DNA of 64,000 bases, taken from contig NW_019091356.1 in the NCBI RefSeq assembly GCF_001949145.1, positions 1,426,789 to 1,490,788 of the forward strand, given 5' to 3'. Shown here in pieces: positions 36,401 to 48,400 of this stretch. The first letter of the stretch is position 1. Each line of letters starts with the position of its first letter. The DNA comes from Acanthaster planci (taxonomy: Eukaryota). The notes under the pieces are model-generated. The model was given only the letters and a program-made list of their open reading frames with translations, was not told the origin of the DNA and did not search any database. The position numbers and the translations under genes are program-made.

Positions 36401-39400
36401 TCAAAGATGACTGAACATTTCTTCTTAGAGGAATGTAGTGGTTGGGCCTTCTGGTGTGGTTCTTACCACTTAATACGGGAGGACACTGGTGACGGAAGTG
36501 GGGGGGGATAAGGCCAGAGGGCCAGTGACCCTCCACTTTTTGACTTGGGAGACTTGTTCCCCCCTCCCCCTACTTTTAGCAGGTCCTACAATGGGGTGGG
36601 GCTTAACGGATTGGCCGATAAATGGCTGATGTAAGATGGTCTCACCGACCCCCCTCCCACTTTTAGCAGGTCCTACAATGGGGTGGGGCTTAATGGATTG
36701 GCCTGTTAATGGCTGATGCCAGATGGTCTCACAGTCCCCCTCCCACTTTTAGCAGGTCCTACAATGGGGTGGGGCTTAATGGATTGTCCTATTAATTAAT
36801 GGCTGATGCCAGATGGTCTCACAGCCCCCCTCTCACTTTTAGCAGGTCCTACAATGGGGTGGGGCTTAATGGATTGGCCTGTTAATGGCTGATGCCGGAT
36901 GGTCTCACAGCCCCCCTCCCACTTTAGAAATTGTTCCACGGCAGTAAATGGAGGACACAAAACCTTGATTCAACAATCTGCACAGAGATAGTTGATGGGT
37001 GAAACTGTTTTGCTTTTCCATGAGGAGACATGCATACACATCTCATTCCCCCTTGGTTTCTGTACCACAGACATGCACACTCTGGGTAGTGTGCCGAGAC
37101 AGACCATATGCTGAACTTACCACTGTACGTGATCTATCACTGTAGGAAATATCCATCCGTGTTTTCTATTCTGAAACAGCTCGCAAGTTTTCTTTTTTTC
37201 TGAATTATTCCGTTGTTGCATGAAAGTACCACTTCAGTTGTTAACTGACAAACAGACCTCCAGCATAGGCGATTGGAATTAGGAAACTTATTATGTCACC
37301 TGCCAAGTTCATCTCACATACTGATGAGTGGGTGGATGTGAAACTGGAGGCTAGTTTAGAATGGAGAGCACCTGACCTGCTAAATCCTTGTCATTGTGTG
37401 TTTTCTTCAACCTAACCCTCCCTCCCACTCCCAACAGAGTCCACGTTCTACGAGGAGTCCACCCAGACCATCTATGGCGTCTTCACCACTCCCAGCGGGG
37501 TGGCCCATGCCTCAGCAGTGTGTGCCTTCCGTCTTGCCACCATTGAGGCTTCCTTCCAGGGCCCCTTCAAATACCAGCAGAACTCCCGATCGGCCTGGAC
37601 CAGTCAGGTCAACGCCAATCCGCATTTCAACGTGAGTACGGCATTCTGACGTTCTCCCATACTTGAAAATTCACTTCATCGGCAGATGAGAGGTGTGGGA
37701 GTGGGGAATGGATGTGACGGGGAGGATAGAAGATGATTTTGTTTTTTCACTAGAGCAACACAGAAAGCAAGTTTGATCTGAGCATGGAACACATGGAATG
37801 ATTGTGAGAGCTATCCTGCCCCAAACCTCCTTGCATTTTGAAAGCGTTCCATGACTGCTGAACTTGGCGAGCCACTGTTGTCTCTCGTTTTCTGGTAAGG
37901 AATGAGAGTGAACCATGCATGTACATATGTGCCATACCCTGCTTTCACCAGGTAAACAGGTCAAGTAGTTCATCAGCTCGTTTGAGATAAAAAAAAAAAG
38001 GAAAAGTGACGGAACATGCCGTGGAGATCTTTGCGCTCATTTCCCTGTAGAGTACAGCGTAGCACTCAGCGCCGGCTGAGAATGTGCTAATTTTCACTTC
38101 AGCGATTGTATCATCTCGGGTTGTGTTTGTGTACCGATACGTATCTCTGGGAGTTCATAATTGACAACCTCCCTCCCCGTGGGAACCAGCTTGGAAGTAC
38201 ACTGGTGCGACCCTATCACTGCCTGAGATGTGCTCACTGAACCCCACTATCACAGAGCTTGTTGGTCCATGATTCACTGTGTGACTAATGTAATGGTGCG
38301 GGCGATGAAAAGAGAAGAACTATAATCGGCCAGTTTGATAAAAGACATCCCCGCCCATTTCCACTTTGCCATCCCCTGTGACCTTTTGGAACTTTTTTCA
38401 TGTGAGCAAAGAGAAGAATGAACCTCATAACCCCTTTCATTCCACCCTTATTTTATGTGCCTTGCCTCTACACAATCATAGCTCAAACGTCTTGTTGAAA
38501 TCCCCAAACCTGCGTGGGTGTACGTTAATATGAAGTGGCCAGACGAGACAGTGTTTTGTACACCATTCTTTATTAGCCAATCCCTTCCGTAAAGAAAATA
38601 AAAACACCACAATTGGGGCCAAAAATACTTCCTTCCAAAGCGTAACATTCTTGAACACTTTGGGAAATGGATTGTCTGCAACCCGTCAAAGAATAATAAA
38701 CCCTTCCTTTTTCGCTGTCGGTTGCTAACGTTTAAGTAAAAAGCATGAAACATTCCTTCAGATTTAGGTCAAGTTTCCCTTTGCAATTTGTTACCCGAGT
38801 TATGTCGCTGCCAATCTCCTATTTGCTGTATTTCAACCAGCCTAGTGGCCCTGTTTCTGTAGCCGTCTCTTTTCTTCCCAAAACAGAAATCATTCTTGCC
38901 AAAACTATGGGAATAACGACTGGTCATGAAGGGCGCTTTTCTCTGTCCAAGACTTTTTGCCTACTTTCAAAATAAACTATTACTGAATCGTGATTGCAGA
39001 ATTGAACTGACATCATTTGAGGTAGATTGGAGTGTTATGTATTCTAGAAAAGTCTCCGTTTAAATTTCTGATGTTTGAAGCATAGGGAAATAACAGTTCA
39101 GTGTCTTTCAGTGGCAGTGAATCACAGAGTAGAAATAATAGAAGGCAGTGGAAGTGAAAACCCTGGAGATCAGGTGATAAGTGACAATAGGACAGTGTGG
39201 GGCCGGTTGGAAAGAGTTGCTCTTTAGTCAAGCTTGAAAAGGAGGCGCATTGCTCAGTGAAAAAAATGTATGCCTGGCCTGGTTGGTGTTTAGGCCAGCC
39301 CAGAAAGACTTGTTGTGAGTTGGGTGAAGTGATTACATGAGCTGTGTGTTCTGGGAAGTTGAGAACCCTTGTTGGGGGGGGGATTTCTTCATAAAAATCT

Positions 39401-42400
39401 TTCCTTAAATACAGCTCTCATTATTTATTATTATTGACCGAATTGTCTTCCTTGCAGAACATCAGTTTATTTATATTTTTGAAAAGAATATCAGCTTTCA
39501 CAACTTTTAAACTGTTAGATCTTTCCCTCCAACAATGCTGTCCTGTAAAAGAATCTCTACAGATTTAATTCCTCCAACGTTGGAACCACTGTGAACAGAT
39601 TTACTCAAAAATCTTTTCCAAATGATTTGAAATATTTGTGTGTCATCTTTGCTGGCCTTTTTTTTCTTCAAAGAAACGTGTTCCTTGAACTGTCCGAAGC
39701 AGGACACTAGCCCTAGCCTGAACTTCATCGCTCAGCTGAAGAGAGACAGTCCAACTTTATTACTAAGGTTTCTTTGTCCAGTCACCTCTCTGTCCAGTCA
39801 CTTTCTTAAAATAACAGCGCACTGAGAACAACACTAAATCATGGCTCGGTAAAACAAACTAGGGAGCATCGCTCAGACTTGTGAATTAAAATACGACTGG
39901 GTTTTGTTTCAACTATCCTGGCTGGTAAAACCTTGCCTGGCGTCACTTGACCATGGCGAAGAGACACCAAGACTGCACTGTGATTATTTTTCCTCCTGAA
40001 CTTCATAAAAAAACACGGGAAGGAGTTTCTTTATAATATCCGGAATTGTGTTTTGGACACGTGCAACTGGTAAAGGGGTGGGGGTTATTTTATATTGACC
40101 TTGTCGGTGTCAGCTTCTTGTGTCAGTTTGCAGACAAGAGGGTGACTCAGAATTTTAACCTGGGCCTCATTTTAGTGAGGCTTTGGGGGGGGAGGAACTG
40201 ACCATGGTCAGGTAGTCTCGAGGGGATTCATCTTCAGTGGGTGAAACACAGTACAATATTGAGACATGGCATTAAGTCCTTGTCAACTTCACAACCAACA
40301 TTGACGGGGGGGGAGACAGGCTGATTATTCTAACATCAGATCTGCAGAAATTCTTGGGAAAAAGTCATTGGCTAAATATGTTCTTAGGGATATCTTTTAA
40401 CCAGTGCAGAAATACCCAATTTGTCTTCAGTAGATTGTTTGTAGCAAAACAGACTTGGAGAACATAATGAAGCACTCTGACTTGTTGCCTGATCATGGGA
40501 TAGAAATTCCAGATCGTCTCCGAGGGATACATTAGAGAACCGTGTCGGACTCCAAATGTTTTGACGCTGAAGCAACAGTGATTGTTTTCATCAGAAAGTG
40601 AACCACCCTCCCTCCCTTGCTTGCCAAGGACTTTTTCATTCCTTCAGTGATGAGGAAACACATTCGGGCTGGAAAGCAGCCTAGTGAAGACAGACCCTCG
40701 TTAGGCCAATTTCTGCCCAGCCGTCTTGCTCTAGATATCAAGCCCGGGCCCCCTAACCCCCCAGTATTGGACAAAATGGCCCGACAGTGCCAAAACATAC
40801 CCACTTCCGCTGATACAAGTGGGCACGTATATGCATCTCTCACTGGAGTAAATTAAAACCCGAAATGAAATAAGTGCATTTTTTTTTGTAGGTCAGCATG
40901 GAGACAAATATCCCATTTATGCTCGGGCAAAAATACATAGTAGGTTGCTGAAAACAGACGGGGAACATAATTGAAGGCAGAGGCAAAGTGGCATCTGAAA
41001 TTTCCTAGTGGCTTTCAAGTTTCAGTGGCGTTTTCCAACCCTATCTGTCTTGTAGTCTGGAAGTAAAGCTGGAGGTGGGGGGTGTCTGAATTGGCCGTCT
41101 CCATTTTGGCTGATAGAACCATTAACTGATCAAAAGATGCTGGGCTTTCTGGGTATTGGCTCCGGCAATAGACGTTAAACTTTGTACCATTTAAGGTTAG
41201 AAAAAAAAAGACCTCCTTATTCCTCGTCTTTGGAGTATGAAAGTGCAACTTCCTCTACAAATTCCTAAGCCCTTTTCCCCTCCCCAGCTTCTCATAAACT
41301 TAATTGGGATCAGGTACTTGATATTCCAGGCCTGGTCCATTTTTATTACTGGCCGTAAATTAAGCAGTTGATCGTTGTCTGAGTGCTTGATTCCTTCTCT
41401 GTGATAAACCAAATTTGGCATTTGTTCTTTCACTTTTGCTTAGGGGCTGTTGGCAAAAGCACTTGTAGAACAGAATTCGGACCGTTTTTCTATAGATTTT
41501 AGGTTCGTAATCGGGTACTGATTCCAAGTATTTGAACTTTCATAGTTTACTTTTGCGAAGTTATGAAAAGTTTACCAGACGGAAGTCAGTGAATTGAAAA
41601 AACAGAAGCATTTCTGAAGAGGGAAAAGAGGATTTAATGTTTTGCTGAATAAGCATGTCAATGGTCTCACAGTCAAAGTGTAAGACGTGTGTTAGCCATG
41701 ATATATTCCCTGCTGACTTACACTGGCTGAGTAGTTAACCACTTGCCGCCGGGGATTCCGGTTTTGGACATGTATCCTCTATTCGTGCGGCTGGGGTCTC
41801 CGAAATTGGACAAAGGGAACTGGGCCTTGTAACAAAAGACCAGGCTGCTAGAAATTACCACCATTTTTCACTCTCAATAGTGCAGATAATCCAGCCTTGT
41901 TTTGAAACAGTATACCACGGTTTGCGGCATTTAGAGCGAGCGGATTACCACCGGGGACAAAAGCACTCCACCACCTCAGCGATGAGCCACACAGTACCGC
42001 TACACGCTAATCTGGCCTCTATTGAAAAGAGGCCAGCAGTGCATTGTGCCGGTTTCGGGAACAAAAGGAAATTATGTAACACCGCACAATCTTGGCTCTT
42101 TATACAAGGCAGCAGGCCTGGCTGAAATACTCCAGCGTCAATAGATGTTGTCTGTCAGATTAGAGTAGAAACCAGACAGTCCTTCGTGTGGGTGTTAGTG
42201 TCCAATAAATGAAGATGTGAATTTTGTTAGAATTTTGAAAACAGAAAAAAAAGAAAATTACCCCATCCCAGCATCATCAGCATTCATAAATGCCCCCGGT
42301 GCGAAGTGGATAATTATTAATGATCGATCTTGCAGTGCCTTTAAATTGTGGCCATTAACATGGGGCGGGTCGGTAATAGGGTGCAGAGATACAAAGATTT

Positions 42401-45400
42401 GGCATTTCTTTGGATTTTTGATTTCAAATCTTGAATTAAATGGAGTTTTTTTTTCTGGAGCAGCCTTGACAAGCCACTTGCAGCCAACTTGGCAAAGTTA
42501 AATCCAATGTCTTTGAAAGGTCATCAGGGATGACCCAGGTGGTCAGCAAAGCTCCCTGGTGGCTATCCATCCCAGAGTGACCATTATCGGCAGTGTCCAG
42601 CCCCGGCTAGTTCCTGCTTCTCTTGCTTGAGGCATCCTGACCTGTGAGGGGATTTTATGCTAAAGCAAATTTCTCAGCCTGCTAAGTTATTCAAAGTGAC
42701 CCACTTAAAAGAGCAGAAAAGACTTGTTGAAGAAAGCTTACTGCTTCCCAAGTGCAAAACAAACAGAGGGTGGCAATTTTTAGCTTTTCTGACAAACAAA
42801 CGCAGAGAAATCCTGATAGGGTTTCCGATATGGTGGCCTACTTCTTCGCAACAAGTACCCAAATGGAAGTTCTTAACATGAGCCACATTGTCTTGCATCG
42901 GTCTGGGGTGTTTGCAGGGGAAAGATAGAGAAAGAAAAAAAAAAAGAAAAGAAAAAGAAAGATTGCAGGAGGGGGTTAAAAAAACAGCAAAAATGAAGGG
43001 CGAATAGTCAAGGAACTTTCACAAAAAAATTCCTGAGGCTGTGGTCTGCCGGATCGAAACTTTGATGGTTGAAGATAAGCTGGGCTTTGGCCCGCTATCA
43101 TGGGACAGGCTGCAGCAAAAAGGAAGGGCAGAATCTTATGTTCCAATTTCCCGCTCTCCCCTTCACGGAGCACCTGGTCTATATTTCATGCTGGTGGCCC
43201 GCACACCTGGGTGCATTGGCGTACTCCCCTAAAACTATCCTTCACCCCTGGTTGGACCCAAACACAGTCTTAGATAAGCTGCTCTTATTCCAGTGAACCG
43301 TGGGATATCTGCTGAAGGCTAAGGTATTTCAGTTTGAAGGAGAAAATGTGATTGGATGCTGCGTAACAAGAGATTGAGTTCTCAAGTTGTTTTCTTTCAA
43401 ATACAGTGGTTAATTACAAATTATGTTTGTAATCCACCAAATTTTGTTCCATTCAGACATGAAGTTTTGAGGCCCAATTCCACCACGTTGTTTTTTCCAA
43501 CTGCAGTGGTTTCTGTTCATGTCTCCACACATCATCAACAGCACATTATCATAATGATGATTTGCGTATGACATTTTGTCTGCCGCCCACTTCAGAATCT
43601 CCTGATTAAAGTGGCTTCAGTAGGAGGGAAGCCCCGTGTTCATCTCACCTTACTCCACGTGGACTGCTTTCCTCACCTCTGCCAAATGATAGCTGGATGT
43701 CCTTTCTTTTCTTTTGCTGGCCGGCCTGACAGAAATAGAGCTGGCTTCATGTGTTGCTAATGACTAGGGAGGGAGAGTTGATGGAAGTGATCAGTGTTTT
43801 CCTCGGGACCTTTATCGCAACCCTAAAAGATGGGCAAATCTCTTGGCGAGCTCTTTGAGTTTTAAAGTATGGCAAATGAAAGGTTTTGTTGGGGATGAAG
43901 ACGGGATCGAGAGATCCCTGATGTCTGCCTGCAGCACAACGACGGCGATTGTGAAGGAGAAGACAGAAAGGATGTCGATTCAGGACATCGGCGCTTAACA
44001 ACTCAGAAATTGAAAGGCAGGATTTCCAAAGTTTTCCCGATGACGGGGTTCTGAATCAGGGAGAAATCAACTGTCTTTAGCAGATCTGTCTTTGGGGTTG
44101 TTCCTCAGCTACATCTGTAATCAGAAGAAAAATAACGTTTGAGGGGGCAAAATTAAGCAGCAGCAGCCCCCCCCAAAAAAAAACCCACCCAAAGGAAAGT
44201 TGAGTGTATGGACTCCTTACATATGGTTTCCGTGAACATGATATCTCCCCCCATCTACTTGCAAACAGTATGTACATGGTCACACATCATTGCCAAATGC
44301 TTTTAAAGCCGCAGGGGGCTGGAAACTTGCGGGGACTGTGCCCTACCATAACAAATGGGGGGGGGAGATACTAGGAGTCCTAATCCAAAACCAGAACCAA
44401 CCCCCCCCTCACGCTACTGCCCAGCATTTATGTTCACAGTCTCGTTCTGCCTGCTTCCCTGCTTTCTACAAACACCCTGCAGTACTTTGCACCTCTCCGG
44501 GAAAGGGTAAAGAAGACAGGGGTGAAAGTTTCTGCAGGCAATTGAGGAAGGCAGGCATTGCATCAACGAAAAAGCCCCGCATCAACCAGATCAGCCTATT
44601 CTATTTTTTCCTCAGCTTTTTGACGAGCTCCTGGCTTGTGTCCATTTCTGTACCATCTGCAACCTTTGTTCCCCATTTCCTTTCTGACTTTTTGGGGGGT
44701 GTTTTCTTACAATTGGCATTATGCTGCTCTGCTCTCAAGGGAGAATCAATCTGTACGTCTGTGACAAAACACACTAGTTCAATTTTGGTCTTGACAGGAT
44801 GACTAGCTCCCCTCAACTTTCTGGTGGTCATCTCCCAGAACAATTGCAGACAAGTAGTGTTTGACATTAAGCAAATGACCACCTGTTTCTATCCAACTTT
44901 CTTTCTTTTTTTTGCCAAGTCAGAAAGCTTGAGGGGCATAAAAATAGTTTTCCAGTATCCTTTGTCGAGTGTTGATAGCCCCAAACTGGCCAGATTCCAG
45001 TCAAAATGGTTGAATGGTTCAGTTTCAAGGAAATCGATTCCATGGCAGTTTCAGCATGGTGTATTTTTAGAACATTATTTGTGATTCAAATTCGGGGCGA
45101 GGTTTTTTTGGGGGGGTGTTTATACCTATAAAGCTAAGTCTTGCAAAGTTTTTTTCCAAAAGTCCTGGCAATAATTTAGCTATTTTGTTCCCACCTTTAG
45201 TCTTGACAGATACATTATTAAACCAGGAATATTTGTGGTGAGTAGACCTTGATTTTCTGTCTTTATGTTCCCAGTGTGACATGCAGCAGAGTCGGAACCT
45301 TCAAGATGCCCAGAAGTACCAGCTGATGGCCAACGATGTGGTTCCATCTCACCGAGTGCCTCTCGTCATGGCCAAGCCCAACGAACCACAGTAAGTCATT

Positions 45401-48400
45401 GTTCTGTCACTGTCTCTCTTAGTTTGTGAGCTTGAGATGCAGTCGGTTTGCATCTTGAGATGAGTTTTGTCAGGGCATCACTTGCAAGGCAGGATCCGAG
45501 GGGTTGGGGTTGAGAGAATGGACTGCTTAAGAAATTGAATGGAGGAGTTACCAGTTTTCAGCCTGATCAATTGTCTTGCATCATCCTTGGTCTTCTCAGA
45601 TATGGGTAATTCCAGAAATTAGGGGTCCATTTTTTTGTGTCCCTGTCACATCTGACATGATTTTGTAAGTTCAGAACGCAGTTTCTAATTTCCAAGAGTG
45701 GTGAATTAATGCAAATTACCTGCCAAACAAACAGTAATAGTTTGAAATCAATTCTGGTGATATTTCCATGTCAAATAACAAAGGTCAGATGTAACAGGGA
45801 CACCAAAATGTCACACTTTTGGACCTCTCCTTTCTGGAATTACCCATGTATCTGAGTCATTTTCAGTTAGGAAAAACTTGCACTTGCATTTCTCTGAAGG
45901 CTTTTTGGCCCTTTGTTTATCGGAACCCTTAGTCTAATGTAGTTAGTAAGGATTGAGCGCAGGGAGCTGGCTGCATTCGTGAAAATTTAAGACTCGTGCA
46001 TTTTGACCGAATTGTGATTTCTGTGTGTTACATCCGCCCGGCCCATTCTTTTTGTCGGCTTCATGTTTAGTCAATGTAGTAGATGGAAGCTTTTGACTCA
46101 AGTCCATTCAGAAACAAGTTTGGCTCGGAGGCTCAAAGGTGAAAATCAAATTTGCTTTCAAGAACGAAAGGGGGAAAAAAAAGAATGGCCCACCTTGTTT
46201 AGATTATACGCGCTGATTATTTAATTCCCCGGGAGAATTGAGCTCCCGATCCCCAAGGAGGAACATGGGGGGAATGTCTGCCCGGCAATAGCTACTTGCA
46301 GTACCCTCCAGAGGAGAGAAAGACTTGGGGATGAAAATGGAAGATCCTGTCTCTTTTACCGCCCCGGTACTTGTAAGCCGAGCGGGGCAAACAAAGTTGT
46401 TGTGAGGAAGTGAGCCTTGCGGAAGTGAGTTGTGTATCTATGTTTAGCCCTGAGTCTCACTGCCCGGGGTTTTGAAAGGGGGGAGCTTTGTGTTGAAATG
46501 TCAAAATAAGTGGGATGATTTTAAGAATATAAAAGGCGGCGGCGCGCGAAGGATACAAGTGATTTGTAGGCACACTCCTCGTATTCGAACCCTTTGTGCA
46601 ACTTCATGCTGTGTGTTTCAAACATTGTAGCTGCTTGACTCTTAAGGTCAATCTGTTCTTTTGTTTTGTGACATGTAGGCTTACCGTAGCCTAAAATAAC
46701 TGCCATGAGTTCTCAGTGTCCCTGCTGTCACCTCCAGAAATGGTGCATTGTTTCAACAATTGTAATTTCTATTCCTTTGTTGGCAAAGGAATATTCACCG
46801 TTATTTATTGGGAGAGAGTCATTTTAATGGTCTTTCTTCCCTCCTCCCTGAATTGAAATGAGGGGGGACATTTTGCTCTTTTTCCCTTCCTGGGAGCGAG
46901 GTTAGAAACCTTCTTCCCGTCTGCCATGCCTCCCCTCATCCTCCCTCCCCCCCAAGCGATGACTCGACAAGTTCCCCCCACCCATTCCTTGGCTGCCAAA
47001 ACACACCTTTGGCAAGACAAAGCTGGGCCCTTGCATTCCAGCATCAAAACAGGTCCAGCCAGACCCACGCCCTGGCTTGCTGCTTTTCTGTCTGAAAAGC
47101 TTGGTGTTGCTGGTTTTCCCTAAGTAAGATGGATGGTGCTGTCAAGCCAAAACTGTGGTCAACAATTACTCTGTGTCAGTTATATTACCTGATAATGTCA
47201 GTTAGGCCCCCATAAGTATCCTCGCACTAATTATAGGTTAGTTTCAGTTTTAAACTGAGTAAACACTTTAATTCTAGTCAGTGTTACTCCTTTAACTTAA
47301 CGGACCTTTCCAGTTTTGTTTCTAATCCTGTCTTGAAGGGGTTTGTTGGAGGGATTTCAATTCTCTTATCAATCCACCGTTTATCCCGCCCTCCTTGTGA
47401 AGGCCTTTCTTCTAAAGAATTTTAAGAAATTTGGTTGCCAAAATATATTCAAGAGCTTTCCTTTCCAGTTTCAATTAATTGATCAGAGTGCCAGTGATGA
47501 TTCTGCTCTGTTTCAGTGATGATGTAGGAGGGCACCAGTTGGAGGTGTAAATAAACAAGGAACCAGTCATGAGTTACTGGATTACCGGCAGTGACTCAAA
47601 CTCAAAACTCCGACTACAATTGGAAGCTCTTGACTGCCATTATTGTAAAGGTCTGGCTAACAACACGTGATAATTCTAGAGAGGTGTCCAGAGACACCTT
47701 AATGAAGTACAGATACAATCTCAGAGGTGTCTTGAATCTATGGCCTTTACCTGAGGGAATAAGTGGTATTGATATACCTAGCCCAAATTTTTCTGGCATC
47801 CAATTTTTTTCTATTTATTTTTCTATATTATTTACCTGAAGCACCTTGTTCCCACGGGCAAACATTCAATTGTATTTTGACACAGGGACTTGTCGCCCGA
47901 GTTGTAAATTGAAATCTCCTGATTGTTTGAGGAACAGCTTGTAGAGACTGCTGTCCTTTTATAAATGCCTTTTCCGTCTTCTTCTTCTGTGGTATGTAGC
48001 GACAGACTCACTGAATCCATGTGTAGTCACGGGAGAAGATTGAGTGGCACAAAGTTAATTTAAGTTCCTATCCCTGGATCTGATAAACTCAAGAACCTGA
48101 TCCCCTAAAGAGCTGATTGAAATTGTGGAGACTATTGTATCAGGAAGCCTGTTCCAATCTCTACAAGTTCTGGGTACAAAGAAATTTCTCTCGGCTTCAG
48201 TTCTGCTATGCGGCAAATCAAGATGAGAACTATTTCCAGTGGCTGTTCTACGTAGTCTTGTATAGAAGCATGCTTGACAATAGACTTCGGAATAGCAGAT
48301 GTACCCATAAATATTTGTTTCATCATGATCAATCCAGCAAGCTTTACGACGCTGTTTTAGTGTCCCACTTAAGGCTTGTGATCATATCTCTTGAATGTTA

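Noticed and set aside
36573..36925. CRISPR-like array
   Set aside because: The whole 87-bp unit repeats, there are no unique spacers and no cas genes, and the context is a eukaryotic intron
15639..42125. Apparent small protein family sharing 'ADYHxGQKHS' (ORFs 15639..15989 -, 16462..16752 +, 41880..42125 +)
   Set aside because: These are translations of three copies of the same non-autonomous piggyBac-like element; starts, lengths and frames differ between copies
44290..44802. Longest ORF (170 aa)
   Set aside because: It has a non-ATG start, runs through homopolymer tracts and has no motif; this length is plausible by chance in 64 kb
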